IMG/VR virus record: IMGVR_UViG_3300033804_000036
Strand: one strand, 5' to 3'
DNA length: 64,000 nt
From: a virus
Lineage: Duplodnaviria > Heunggongvirae > Uroviricota > Caudoviricetes
In this document: positions 19,240-28,622 of the stretch, one piece after another
Layout: every line of letters starts with the position of its first letter
Position numbering within the stretch: the first letter of the stretch is position 1
Position numbers and translations under genes: made by a program
The notes under the pieces: generated by a model
The model's input: the letters and a program-made list of their open reading frames with translations, nothing else
Database searches by the model: none
Told to the model about the DNA's origin: nothing

Positions 19240-19566
19240 GTGAAGAACGTGGAAACGCCTGAAATAAACAAGTTGAAAGCTGTTCAGCCGGTAAGCCAGC
19301 AAATCGGAGAGTTTATCCGATGGCTCACAGACGAGAAAAAAATCGTGTTTGCAACATGGCACAACGAGAACGAAGAGGACGAAGAGGAAGAAGGCAGATT
19401 ATGGCCTGAACCTATGGGCGATGCTGCTATCGAGAAACTTCTAGCCGAGTTCTTCCACATTGACCTGAACAAAGTTGAACAGGAAAAACGGGCTATACTA
19501 GAAGACCTTCGAAAACGAACTGGCAAGAATAATCAAGAGACCAGTTACAGCATGGTGAAACAATGA
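19240..19566 (+). CDS. Hypothetical acidic protein, 108 aa
   Basis: The start is the GTG inside the motif. The exact start is uncertain. Confidence 0.4.
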   Translation: MKNVETPEINKLKAVQPVSQQIGEFIRWLTDEKKIVFATWHNENEEDEEEEGRLWPEPMGDAAIEKLLAEFFHIDLNKVEQEKRAILEDLRKRTGKNNQETSYSMVKQ

Positions 19567-20000
19567 ATAGGAAAAGGACGATTATACCACCGCCAAACTG
19601 TCCAGGCTGTGGACAGCCGTTAGACAGAGTTTGCATCTCAACCTACACTACACAGATCTGGAAAGGAGATGGAAACATTGGACGCTATGAAGAAGACCCG
19701 AAATCAGGCGACGCTGAAGAGCGATGTCCATACTGCGAAAGAAAGTATCCATGCGAAAACAAAAAAACTGGAGCAGCCAGTTGCGTGGACGTTGAAATAC
19801 GGAGGAGAGTAGATGCTGATAACGTGACGCCTGCGGACTACGGTTACTGTGAAAACTGTGAAACGTTTTTCGACCTGTGGAAGTACGGCGATCTCGAGAG
19901 CGCAGGACATGCTGGACATCGAGTAAGACAGCCTACACCTGAAGAATTCCGAAACCTTGTGAAATCATGCAAGCAGCACGGATGCTTCAAAGAACAATAA
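19563..20000 (+). CDS. Cys-rich zinc-binding protein, 145 aa
   Basis: CPGCGQ, CPYCER, CENCET. Confidence 0.5.
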   Translation: MNRKRTIIPPPNCPGCGQPLDRVCISTYTTQIWKGDGNIGRYEEDPKSGDAEERCPYCERKYPCENKKTGAASCVDVEIRRRVDADNVTPADYGYCENCETFFDLWKYGDLESAGHAGHRVRQPTPEEFRNLVKSCKQHGCFKEQ

Positions 20001-20019
20001 ACCCTTCTTTTTTTGTTGG

Positions 20020-20328
20020 GTGAAAAATTTGTACATCATTCAATGGATAGAATTTGATGGTAGAAAAATGGATGCGAAAACATTCAGAGAATACTTAGAT
20101 CAGAACCTGAAACGATGCGAATATATTACATCATGGGGAGACGTTTCAACCGACCTCGTTCAAGAAGCTCTGGAACGTTTTTACAGGGAACTTCGACGAC
20201 AAGAAGGATTTGGCACCGGCGAAAGACAAAGAATAAGGCAGTTAATCAAACTTTTCAAAAATGCAGGAGACCCAGACCACAACGCTAAAGAATCAATGCT
20301 ACAAATGCCCAGACAGCGGTACACCTAA
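20020..20328 (+). CDS. Hypothetical protein. Its +1 frame carries a C-terminal tail paralogous to gene 7246-7491, so it may be a frameshifted paralog
   Basis: See the finding for 20285-20357. Confidence 0.35.
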   Translation: MKNLYIIQWIEFDGRKMDAKTFREYLDQNLKRCEYITSWGDVSTDLVQEALERFYRELRRQEGFGTGERQRIRQLIKLFKNAGDPDHNAKESMLQMPRQRYT

Positions 20329-20519
20329 CTGTACGACGGAGAAATGTGTAGTCGAATAACTCTTTCTCTTTTTCTGTTGGGTGACGTAAATGTTTGAGGA
20401 ATTGATAGCAGGTGCATTGACAGCCGCCATCTTCAGCACTGTCGCCTACATAACCATCCATATCGAAAGGCGAAGAAGGTGAACGCATTGACCACAAGAC
20501 CCTAATTTTTTTTGTATGG

Positions 20520-21026
20520 GTGAAAGCTTTTAAACTGAACACTTATAACTGTTATAAGACCGTTATGTGGTTCAGAAAGAAAGCTGAAAAACCTATTGCA
20601 TTAGACCCGCCGAGAACTGTTGGATTAGACGCGCCGACAATGAGCATAATGCGTGAGTTGATGAATGCTTTTCTGGTCAGAACGCCACAGGCAACCATTG
20701 CACCGGAAAGTTGGTTTGGAACCCTCACAACGTCCATTCCTGAAACGCCTGAACAAGTGAAGAAACGCGAGCAGGAAACATCTGAAGTTGACGCTTTCAT
20801 CGAAACCATGGGGCCTGACATCAAAATACAGACTGAAGCCCTCATCAAAGAAGAAATCCGTGAAATGCTCTTGATGGGAGGCAACAGACAACGAATACTG
20901 GAACTGCTGCGGGCTGGCAAAACACCTAGAATCATACGCAAAAAAGAAGGCAGACGCGACCCATTGTTCCTGCAATGGGGCGACGGAATAGCTGACTCGA
21001 TTGAGGAGATGCGAATCCTTGGCTAA
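20520..21026 (+). CDS. Hypothetical protein, 168 aa
   Basis: ORF after a motif copy. The start lies within the motif. Confidence 0.4.
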   Translation: MKAFKLNTYNCYKTVMWFRKKAEKPIALDPPRTVGLDAPTMSIMRELMNAFLVRTPQATIAPESWFGTLTTSIPETPEQVKKREQETSEVDAFIETMGPDIKIQTEALIKEEIREMLLMGGNRQRILELLRAGKTPRIIRKKEGRRDPLFLQWGDGIADSIEEMRILG

Positions 21027-21213
21027 AGAAGAAAAAGAAGTAGTGGTTAACCAATGGATGAACCTGCCAAGCTTCAAAGTGAAGATTCCAGACATTGAAA
21101 TCGAGTTCAGCAGCCCAGACGTGAAAGGCGTGACCAAACGGTTTGACGAAGTGCTGGAGTACCTGAAAGAATTTCTGGATGAAAAAAGAGTGGAAGAAAT
21201 CAAGAAAAGATAG
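21001..21213 (+). CDS. Hypothetical protein, 70 aa
   Basis: Short ORF overlapping the upstream gene end. Confidence 0.3.
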   Translation: MRRCESLAKEEKEVVVNQWMNLPSFKVKIPDIEIEFSSPDVKGVTKRFDEVLEYLKEFLDEKRVEEIKKR

Positions 21214-21222
21214 GGTGAAACA

Positions 21223-21444
21223 ATGAAACTGAAAAGCAAGCTAGTGCTGGCGATGATTATAGTCGGCATAATCCTGATGCTGCTCGGCACCAACGTGGAA
21301 GACTACACCTATGAAATCTTGGCTGTCTTGGCGTTCGTCGCCGCAGTCGTTCTCTACCTGTTCGGCGATGACATACTGCAAACAAAGAAGACAAAGAAGA
21401 CAAAAGCTGTTGCACAGGAGGTGAAGAAGAATGGACCTGTATAA
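21223..21444 (+). CDS. Small membrane protein, NfeD-like partner of SPFH
   Basis: Two TM helices and a Lys-rich tail. Lies directly upstream of, and overlapping, the SPFH gene. Confidence 0.45.
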   Translation: MKLKSKLVLAMIIVGIILMLLGTNVEDYTYEILAVLAFVAAVVLYLFGDDILQTKKTKKTKAVAQEVKKNGPV

Positions 21445-22288
21445 GAAAATCACCATCCTAATAGTCGTAATCGTAATAGTGTGCGTGGTCGTGTGGCTTG
21501 TTGCAAGCAGTTACCAAGCCGTTCCAACTGGATACGAAGGCGTGCTGCTGGTCTACGGCAAACCGTCTGGCTTGCTGGATCCCGGACAGCATATCTTATC
21601 GCCCGTAGGCCAGTCGATAGCACTGGTTAACGTGCAGATATTAAACCTCAGCGCGATAGAAAGCGCGTCAACCAACGACCTGCAGGAAGTCACAACCGAA
21701 ATCACCATAAACTACCAGTACGACGCTGCCCACGCCGACTACATCTACACCAATTTCGCTGGAGACGCCACTGGAATTATCTTCCCGTCTTTAGAAGACG
21801 CTTTGAAAGCGGCAACAGCCCAGTATCAAGCCTCAGAGTTGATCACTCGCCGGGAAGATGCGAAGACTACAATACAAACCATCCTTGCACAGAAACTGCA
21901 GCCTTTCCATATAAACGTCATCGCTGTTTCCATCACAAACTTCAATTTCAGCGACCAATTCCAAGCAGCGATTGATGCGAAGGTTACAGCCGAACAGAAC
22001 GCTCTCGGAGCACTCAACAACCTGACAGTGGTGCAGTACCAGTCGCAACAGCAGGTAATCCAAGCCGAAGCAGCGGCAAACGCCACTGTAACGACAGCCA
22101 CAGCCAACGCGGCGAAAACCATCATCACAGCCAACGCAACAGCACAATCCATAGAACTGATCAACGAACAACTGCAAAGAAGCCCACAATACCTACAATA
22201 CCTAGCCCTATTACAATGGGACGGCAAACTACCGATATACTGGGCTGGCAACAGCACATTCCCGCTGATTACACTGCCAACGCCGTAG
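21431..22288 (+). CDS. SPFH/band-7 (stomatin/prohibitin-like) membrane protein
   Basis: N-terminal TM, then VPTGYEGVLLVYGKP ... PGQHILSPVGQS. An Ala/Gln-rich coiled-coil follows. Confidence 0.7.
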   Translation: MDLYKKITILIVVIVIVCVVVWLVASSYQAVPTGYEGVLLVYGKPSGLLDPGQHILSPVGQSIALVNVQILNLSAIESASTNDLQEVTTEITINYQYDAAHADYIYTNFAGDATGIIFPSLEDALKAATAQYQASELITRREDAKTTIQTILAQKLQPFHINVIAVSITNFNFSDQFQAAIDAKVTAEQNALGALNNLTVVQYQSQQQVIQAEAAANATVTTATANAAKTIITANATAQSIELINEQLQRSPQYLQYLALLQWDGKLPIYWAGNSTFPLITLPTP

Positions 22289-22310
22289 AACATGTTCTGA
22301 AACGTCTCAA

Positions 22311-22378
22311 CCCCTTTTTTTCTTGTTAGAAAACCTTAAATTCTCACTTTATAATAATTATAACGCACGGGTGAAAAC
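22311..22378 (+). promoter_or_regulatory. Motif copy split by an AT-rich TATA-like insert (possible real promoter)
   Basis: cccctttttttcttgtt ... ctttataataattataacg ... cacgggtgaaaacATG. The TTTATAATAATTATAA stretch sits ~30 nt upstream of the ATG at 22379. Confidence 0.4.
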
Positions 22379-22612
22379 ATGGCTATGCTATTTGTTGTTG
22401 ACAAACTCTACGGTGACAAAAGACTCGTCTGGAGAGCAGACGACGAAAAAAGCAAAAACAAGGCAGTAGACGAATTCAAAGATCGCCTGAAACGTGGATG
22501 GCTCGCGTTCAAAATAGACCCGAACAAACCGGGCAACAGAGGCACACAGATAAAAGAATTCGACGAAAACGCTGAAAAAATCGTTATGACACCAGGCGTT
22601 GGCGGAGGCTGA
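22379..22612 (+). CDS. Hypothetical protein, 77 aa
   Basis: cacgggtgaaaacATG with a TATA-like element upstream. Confidence 0.45.
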   Translation: MAMLFVVDKLYGDKRLVWRADDEKSKNKAVDEFKDRLKRGWLAFKIDPNKPGNRGTQIKEFDENAEKIVMTPGVGGG

Positions 22613-23420
22613 AACCATCACCGGCGAACATTGGGAGTCAGAAACGGGTAAAGAACTGGACAAAAAGAAAGACCCGTACGTGCGCATCCAATGGGTAGTT
22701 CCGAAAGAAAAAACTATCACAACGATCTTGACGAAGGAAGGGTTAGCTCGAGATCCTGATCTTGAAAAAACATTGCTGGACTGGCGTGAAAAACGCAAGG
22801 AACTAAAAGAAGACGCTTGCGTACTGAGCCATGCTAAAATCGGAATCAAAGACACCTACATACATATTGAATTCTACAACTGGGAAAAGCCTAAAACAGA
22901 ACAGGACCTTGACGTACTGTTTAGCGTCGTCAGAAACGACCCGGTGAGAACTAAACTGGACGCTTTGAAAACGCTTGGAAAAAACCCGACTTTTCTGCCT
23001 ACCATAACCTGCGCCTCAACAGGCGTCTGCAAATGTTTCACGCCGCCGTCAAAAAACAAAGGACTGAACTGCCGTCACATCGCGTTGCGGTTCAACGTGA
23101 TCTACAGACGTCTCAACACAAAAGAGGGCAGGATGGACATGGCTCCTGAACTCTACTGCAAACGCGCTCATCCAAGCACACTGGGGTTGCCAACTGAAAA
23201 AGACCTGAACTGGGATGTTATAACAGCCGGAACAGCCCTAGTGCTTACTAGCGCAGAACGCAGAATCAAAGACATTGCGAAGGCAATGAAAAACAAGAAA
23301 AAACACGCTGAAATACTTGAGAAATCAAGAGCAAAATTCATCACGCAAATCCGCTCCTTCGAAAAAATGACCGGCTTAAACTTGAATCTGATACCCGCGC
23401 CAAAGGATGTGGCAACATGA
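22599..23420 (+). CDS. Hypothetical protein, 273 aa
   Basis: Long ORF with no ATG near its 5' end (TTG). It overlaps the upstream gene by 14 nt, so the start mechanism is unclear. Confidence 0.4.
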   Translation: MAEAETITGEHWESETGKELDKKKDPYVRIQWVVPKEKTITTILTKEGLARDPDLEKTLLDWREKRKELKEDACVLSHAKIGIKDTYIHIEFYNWEKPKTEQDLDVLFSVVRNDPVRTKLDALKTLGKNPTFLPTITCASTGVCKCFTPPSKNKGLNCRHIALRFNVIYRRLNTKEGRMDMAPELYCKRAHPSTLGLPTEKDLNWDVITAGTALVLTSAERRIKDIAKAMKNKKKHAEILEKSRAKFITQIRSFEKMTGLNLNLIPAPKDVAT

Positions 23421-23713
23421 GTCTATCAGCCCAAGCTGCAACATTTGAGAAGAAACGCAAAGACCTACATCCTGACGGAAAATGGCAGTGTCCCGAATGC
23501 AAAACATGGCACGAATACCCGCATTGGGAAGACCATCATCAGAAAGACAAAGTTGACAAAGCATTCTGCGACGGTTTCTGCAAAGAATCTGACAGCCAAC
23601 ATGAGGTTGATGAAACTGGAACACCCAAGCCCCTTTTTTGCCCTAAATGTGGCTGGCGTGAAGACCGTCTGATAATCATCAAAGCTGAAAAAGGAGAAAT
23701 TGTCTATGCATGA
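23417..23713 (+). CDS. Zinc-ribbon protein, 98 aa
   Basis: CPECKTWHEY ... CPKCGW. ATGA overlap with the upstream gene. Confidence 0.5.
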   Translation: MSLSAQAATFEKKRKDLHPDGKWQCPECKTWHEYPHWEDHHQKDKVDKAFCDGFCKESDSQHEVDETGTPKPLFCPKCGWREDRLIIIKAEKGEIVYA

Positions 23714-24644
23714 GCAATACATCACATGGAGCGGAACAGGAGCACAAACCTGCGGAGGCTACATACAACTCTCAGCTTCAGCCAACAATACAACCACGAC
23801 ACAGTACATTGTTCCGCAAACAGCGCCTACAGGATCGGCTGCAGGTGCATGGGACTATGTCCAGATAGCGGGAACAGCATGCGCTAGAATATGGAAGTTC
23901 TATGAACAGACCACACAACAGTTCTTTGAACCAATACGTGCTTTCGCTGAGTATGGAGAGAAATGGCTGAATGAAAAGTATCAGTACATCCATGATCCAT
24001 GGCATTACATTTACGTTCCAGGACAGGACATTGAAGAATTGTTAGGCATGCAGAATGAGCAGATGAATGATCTTCAGAAGAAAACGTTTGCAACACAGCA
24101 TCTTGCGCCTATCAACGAGTCTATTGAGATTGAAGGAGTCAAAAGAGTTCGAGATCATTTAGTGAAGTTGCTTCATGACGAAGTCTACCGCAATTTCCAA
24201 TTGACCGAAATCAATAAGGTCAACAAGATTCTGGGCTTGAAAGAATGCGTTTGGGATGAGCAGGCGGTCACCAAGAAGCTGGATGAACTTAAGGTCGCGT
24301 GGAATCCGCGTACGGCGTGGAGAGCAAAAGGCTGGCAGTACATTCATGCTCAGGCTGAGAAACGCGCTGAAGAACTTTTCAACGAAGTCTTCACTCCTGA
24401 AGAAGTGCTGCGGCTGAACACGGATAAACGGCTTGTCATCGCGCGCGGCGACCTGATCTTCGAACTGTTGCCATGCGGAGGAATCAACCAGCTACTGCCA
24501 AACGGCGAGAAACAGGGATGGTGCCTAGTCAGCAAAGAATACGGCCTGCCGCTCAAAGACATACTCGTGATGAAGAAACTGATTTTAGAAGCCGCGCCTC
24601 AGATCGTGCTGGAAATCGCGAACAAACGAAGCGCCTTCAACTAG
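23706..24644 (+). CDS. Hypothetical protein, ~312 aa
   Basis: aaggag RBS then ATG. Confidence 0.5.
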   Translation: MHEQYITWSGTGAQTCGGYIQLSASANNTTTTQYIVPQTAPTGSAAGAWDYVQIAGTACARIWKFYEQTTQQFFEPIRAFAEYGEKWLNEKYQYIHDPWHYIYVPGQDIEELLGMQNEQMNDLQKKTFATQHLAPINESIEIEGVKRVRDHLVKLLHDEVYRNFQLTEINKVNKILGLKECVWDEQAVTKKLDELKVAWNPRTAWRAKGWQYIHAQAEKRAEELFNEVFTPEEVLRLNTDKRLVIARGDLIFELLPCGGINQLLPNGEKQGWCLVSKEYGLPLKDILVMKKLILEAAPQIVLEIANKRSAFN

Positions 24645-24647
24645 GAG

Positions 24648-24860
24648 ATGAAAAGGATGGTAACCGTAACCCGATGTAATGTTTGCGGAAAAGACATTCC
24701 AAATGATGAACAGCCATGGCGAGCCTTACTACAATGCACCGTCCCGAATAAAGACTTACATAAACCAGCTACCAACACTTACATACGATTCGATGCCTGC
24801 AACAACTGCAAAGAAAAACTGATTAAAAACCTGCTAATCAAGCCTGACGACGACTGTTAA
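24648..24860 (+). CDS. Small zinc-ribbon protein
   Basis: CNVCGK ... CNNCKEK. Confidence 0.45.
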   Translation: MKRMVTVTRCNVCGKDIPNDEQPWRALLQCTVPNKDLHKPATNTYIRFDACNNCKEKLIKNLLIKPDDDC

Positions 24861-24861
24861 A

Positions 24862-24890
24862 ATTCCCTTCTTTTTTTGGGTGAAAAAGAA
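24862..24890 (+). promoter_or_regulatory. Intergenic motif copy upstream of PCNA
   Basis: aaaATTCCCTTCTTTTTTTGGGTGAAAAAGAAATG. Confidence 0.7.
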
Positions 24891-25637
24891 ATGAAGATGA
24901 AAATAGCTGATTCGCAACTGCTCGTCAAAACAATGTCCGCCATAGGCATACTGGCCAATGAAGGAACGTTCCAGATCGACGCTGACGGGTTCAGGCTGCG
25001 GGCGATGGACCCGTCTCGAGTTGCAATGGTTGATTTTTCATGGCCGAAAACAGTCTTTGAAGAATTTGTCTGCGACACACCGACGAAACTGTGCTTCCAC
25101 ATCGGCGAACTGTTGAAACTGGTGAAACGAGCGTCTAAAAACGAACCAGTCGAATTGTCAACCACGGACAAAGGCAAACTGCAAATTTCCATCGCTGGAA
25201 AACGCAACTTCACCATGCCGATACTGGAAAGCTCAGAAGAAGAAGTGCCAGTGCCCAAAATCACCTTCAATGTTAAAGCCAAAGCAACAGCCGACGGGCT
25301 TCGAAACGCGGTGGAAGACACGCAGGTCGTCAGCGACCACGTTAAGATACTGGCAGAAGCAGACAAACTGGGCTTCACAGCGCAAGGCGACCTTATGGAC
25401 GCTGACATAACACTGCAAAAAACAAGCGACACACTCCTAGACCTTGAAACACAAACCCCGCCGCAGAAAGCCACGTACAGCCTAAGCTACCTGACAGAAG
25501 TGCTGAAAGCAGGAGCAGCGTTAGCCGACATAGTCACTGTTGAGTTTTCCACGGACATGCCGATAAAACTGGACTTCCAAACCAGCAAAGACGGCAAACT
25601 GACATACTACCTAGCCCCACGCATAGAATCAGAATAA
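24891..25637 (+). CDS. pcn: PCNA, the archaeal/eukaryotic-type DNA sliding clamp
   Basis: ~248 aa. Two-domain clamp pattern. The C-terminus YYLAPRIESE is a typical archaeal PCNA ending. Confidence 0.8.
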   Translation: MKMKIADSQLLVKTMSAIGILANEGTFQIDADGFRLRAMDPSRVAMVDFSWPKTVFEEFVCDTPTKLCFHIGELLKLVKRASKNEPVELSTTDKGKLQISIAGKRNFTMPILESSEEEVPVPKITFNVKAKATADGLRNAVEDTQVVSDHVKILAEADKLGFTAQGDLMDADITLQKTSDTLLDLETQTPPQKATYSLSYLTEVLKAGAALADIVTVEFSTDMPIKLDFQTSKDGKLTYYLAPRIESE

Positions 25638-25675
25638 ACAACCTCTTTCCCTCCTTTTTTTCTTGGGTGAAGCTA

Positions 25676-26239
25676 ATGAGCATTGATTGGAACGATATTC
25701 GATACTACGCGGTTCGAGGCGACAATTTCCAGTATGGGTACACGGTTAAACCGCAGAAAGACGGTAAATTCCACGCGGTAGTAGTGAAAGACGAAAATAG
25801 AGTACGCGATATTGCCTGTGGCAGGCGTAAAGTGGCTAAAGCGCGTGCTGAACGATGGTACGACAAGCGAGAGGCCACGCTGAAAAAACAGTTGGAAGCC
25901 GCCCGCGCTAGAAGAGAAATGAAGGAGAAAAACAAGCCTAAACCGACTCCGACGGAAAAGAAAATCAACATGTTGAAAGACAAGATTGCAAACGCTCAGA
26001 AACGGCAGCGGAAACTGTGGGAAGTCAGAAAGCAAGCGAAAAGACGCGAGCGACGGGCACTAAACGCTTGCGAAAAATGGCTCAAGAAAGAACAACAGTG
26101 GACAAAGCAACTGCAGGAACTGCAAAGCAGCACAGACCAACGAGTCACAGCGTTCGTCAGAGAATTCAAGAAAACCGACAGTGGGAGAGCGCCTTCTAAT
26201 TCCTCTTTTTTCTGGGTGAGAAAGGAGAAGCGGAGGTAG
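25676..26239 (+). CDS. Highly basic coiled-coil protein
   Basis: Lys/Arg/Glu-rich with heptad-like repeats. Possibly nucleic-acid binding. Confidence 0.45.
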   Translation: MSIDWNDIRYYAVRGDNFQYGYTVKPQKDGKFHAVVVKDENRVRDIACGRRKVAKARAERWYDKREATLKKQLEAARARREMKEKNKPKPTPTEKKINMLKDKIANAQKRQRKLWEVRKQAKRRERRALNACEKWLKKEQQWTKQLQELQSSTDQRVTAFVREFKKTDSGRAPSNSSFFWVRKEKRR

Positions 26240-26263
26240 GAGTTTCCCTCTTCTCCTACCTCC
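26232..26263 (+). terminator. Perfect 11-bp stem hairpin
   Basis: GGAGGTAGGAG tttccctctt CTCCTACCTCC, directly after the 25676-26239 gene. Confidence 0.5.
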
Positions 26264-26319
26264 AAATAGTGTGGGTGGAAAATTGTTTGTTATTTGCTAT
26301 GTTTGTGAAAAAGAAATCG

Positions 26320-26790
26320 ATGAAGTTTCACGGGCACTGTCGGAACAAGAGATGTGAGGTGACAAGAATGTGTTTGAAAGATAGAAAAATGTTCAATGAA
26401 GAATCTGTCATAGCATACAAGGTATTCTGGAATTACCAGTCAAAACTTTTCTCCCCATGCTACAGCCCATGCAGAATGGGAATGGTTCTGACAAAAGACG
26501 GCAAGTCCGCCCGCGACTACTCAGACGAAGGGTACGTTGAAGGCAAATTGTACGAAACAACATGCGACGAAGGATTCCACGCGTTCAAAAATCTAGCAGA
26601 CGCTAAAGCCTGGACTGACTCTGACGACATAGTTAGAAAAGTCAAGCTGACAGGAACAATTGTCATAGGAACACAGAACCTCAACTCGGGAGAACGAGAT
26701 TGTTTCGCGGCAAGCCAAATGACAATCCTACCAAAAGAAACAAACTGGAACAAAATACAGCACGCGCTACGAAGGCATTGGAGACTGTGA
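26320..26790 (+). CDS. Hypothetical Cys-rich protein, 156 aa
   Basis: tgtgaaaaagaaatcgATG resembles the motif-type start seen at PCNA. The track starts at the GTG at 26269. Confidence 0.45.
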   Translation: MKFHGHCRNKRCEVTRMCLKDRKMFNEESVIAYKVFWNYQSKLFSPCYSPCRMGMVLTKDGKSARDYSDEGYVEGKLYETTCDEGFHAFKNLADAKAWTDSDDIVRKVKLTGTIVIGTQNLNSGERDCFAASQMTILPKETNWNKIQHALRRHWRL

Positions 26791-26835
26791 CATTTGCCCA
26801 ACATGTGGATGCACTACTAACGTGAAGAGGCGAAG

Positions 26836-27459
26836 ATGATGCGGAAACAGGAAGCAGATCGATTGAGGAAACTTGCAAGGTCGTTGGACATTGACTATCA
26901 AGAATTTGACATGCAAGCCTACGATTATCAAACAGTCAAGGCGCAAATGCTGAAACGTGCAGGCGTCACGACTGAAGAAATGCAGAAGAAGCAGCTTCAA
27001 ACCTGGGAGTCTGCTGCAGAAGCGTATGACAACCTGCCGCTTGAACAGAAAATTTACATTTCCGACGACGGAGAATTCACGTTTGAACTTCCAAACTGTC
27101 TTGTGCTAGAGTTCAGACCGCATGATTGGGGATTAGCCGTTAAAATCCTAACGTACTTCTTCAAGGGAAACATGATGCATGTCACTGAAAGACTGTTGGA
27201 TAACAGAAAACTGGCGGCTAGACTTCGTATGCTCTGGTTCATAGGCCATAAAAAAACAACCAGTGGAATATTGGCTGAACTGGAGAAACATAACATTCGC
27301 CCGAGAATACTGAGAAACTCATATCTACGCAGAGACTTCTTGCATTACGCTAACGGAAACATTTACCCGATGAAAACGCGAGACTTCAAAACAATTGTTA
27401 CGAAGCAGTCAATCAAACTGGCTGACAAAGAAGAAAAAATGCAGGCAAAAATGCATTAA
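26836..27459 (+). CDS. Hypothetical protein, 207 aa
   Basis: ORF ending at a motif copy. Confidence 0.5.
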   Translation: MMRKQEADRLRKLARSLDIDYQEFDMQAYDYQTVKAQMLKRAGVTTEEMQKKQLQTWESAAEAYDNLPLEQKIYISDDGEFTFELPNCLVLEFRPHDWGLAVKILTYFFKGNMMHVTERLLDNRKLAARLRMLWFIGHKKTTSGILAELEKHNIRPRILRNSYLRRDFLHYANGNIYPMKTRDFKTIVTKQSIKLADKEEKMQAKMH

Positions 27460-27477
27460 CCCTCTTTTTTCGGGGTG

Positions 27478-27813
27478 TTACTCCGGCATTTCCTCGCGGA
27501 AAAGCTTGTCAAGTTTATCCGCGCATTTCTGAACTTGAACAGCGTGACTGTCAAGATCGCCGATTTCTACACGTGCGAACGGCGCGTCGCTGAAGCCGCA
27601 TGCCAATTCTCTGATAATGTCTAAGCTGTGGCGCGTGCATTCTTGAAGAGGAACTTCTTTCAAACCGTCCTCAGTCATCACGTTGTAATCGCTCACGTCG
27701 TTGACTATGGGCGCTGCATAATCGTTCAGTATCGCGCAGAGTTGAGTCATGTTGCTAAGGTTTCTTGCGCCTGCCCTGTGAATAACCTGTTCCACAGTCA
27801 AAAGCCACACCAA
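27478..27813 (-). CDS. Hypothetical protein, 111 aa. The only minus-strand gene in the 44-kb array
   Basis: Longest ORF in a 400-nt gap between two motif copies. The overlapping + ORF at 27628-27825 is shorter. Confidence 0.4.
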   Translation of the reverse strand: MVWLLTVEQVIHRAGARNLSNMTQLCAILNDYAAPIVNDVSDYNVMTEDGLKEVPLQECTRHSLDIIRELACGFSDAPFARVEIGDLDSHAVQVQKCADKLDKLFREEMPE

Positions 27814-27857
27814 TATCTCTTCTAACCTAAAAGTCTTATAAAAGTTAGGGTGAAAAC

Positions 27858-28151
27858 GTGACGCAAAAAAGAGGTAAAATAATCAGCCGAATCGTATGTA
27901 GAAACATAGTTACACAGAAGCCTCCGCCAGACCCGCCGCCTCCGATGCCAACATGTCCAAACCATATCTACCAGGTTGTACTGATACAGTATGCGGCGAC
28001 ACTGTGGTTTTGTCCTGTCTGCGGAATGCCCTTCGTATCATCTGACTTCAAGAACGATCAGGCCATTGCTAGACGAAAAGAGAAAACTCGACTTGAAAGA
28101 GTTGAACAGCTTAGAAAACTGTACAAGCGACCGCAAACAATCAAAATTTAA
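27858..28151 (+). CDS. Pro-rich zinc-ribbon protein
   Basis: gggtgaaaacGTG. PPPDPPPPMP, CPVCGMPF. Confidence 0.45.
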   Translation: MTQKRGKIISRIVCRNIVTQKPPPDPPPPMPTCPNHIYQVVLIQYAATLWFCPVCGMPFVSSDFKNDQAIARRKEKTRLERVEQLRKLYKRPQTIKI

Positions 28152-28184
28152 AAGCCTCTTCCCCTTTATTTGTGGGTGAACAAT

Positions 28185-28523
28185 ATGGAAGAAGCAATGT
28201 TTCATCTTGGACCGAACCAACGGGAGATTCTTCGCCTTCTTAAACGGCATCCGAACATGACTGAAAAAGAAATCGCCAGCAAAATCTACCATAAACAAGT
28301 GAAAGCCGGAGACAACGAATACACACAAGTCTCACGCAGCCTACGCGGCCTAAAAAAGAAAGGACTTGTAGAAAGAACACCAATCGAAGTAACATGGAGA
28401 CTCACTGGAACTGTAACACCGAAAAAACGAACAGACAAAACATGCCCTAAATGCGGGTTAGTTGTCGATCTATGTGCATGTGCCGAAGAAACTAAGGAAG
28501 CGCAAAGAGAAAAACACCATTAA
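28185..28523 (+). CDS. Winged-helix transcription regulator with a C-terminal zinc ribbon
   Basis: REILRLLKRHPNMTEKEIASKI (wHTH). CPKCGLVVDLCAC. Confidence 0.55.
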   Translation: MEEAMFHLGPNQREILRLLKRHPNMTEKEIASKIYHKQVKAGDNEYTQVSRSLRGLKKKGLVERTPIEVTWRLTGTVTPKKRTDKTCPKCGLVVDLCACAEETKEAQREKHH

Positions 28524-28622
28524 CCTTCTTTTTCATTTTTTGAGAAAGTTTATAAGTCTTATAGTCGTATTAGGGTGGCAGTGTGACTTCGGAAGGGGCG
28601 TACAGATCGTAAGATCGCAGTA

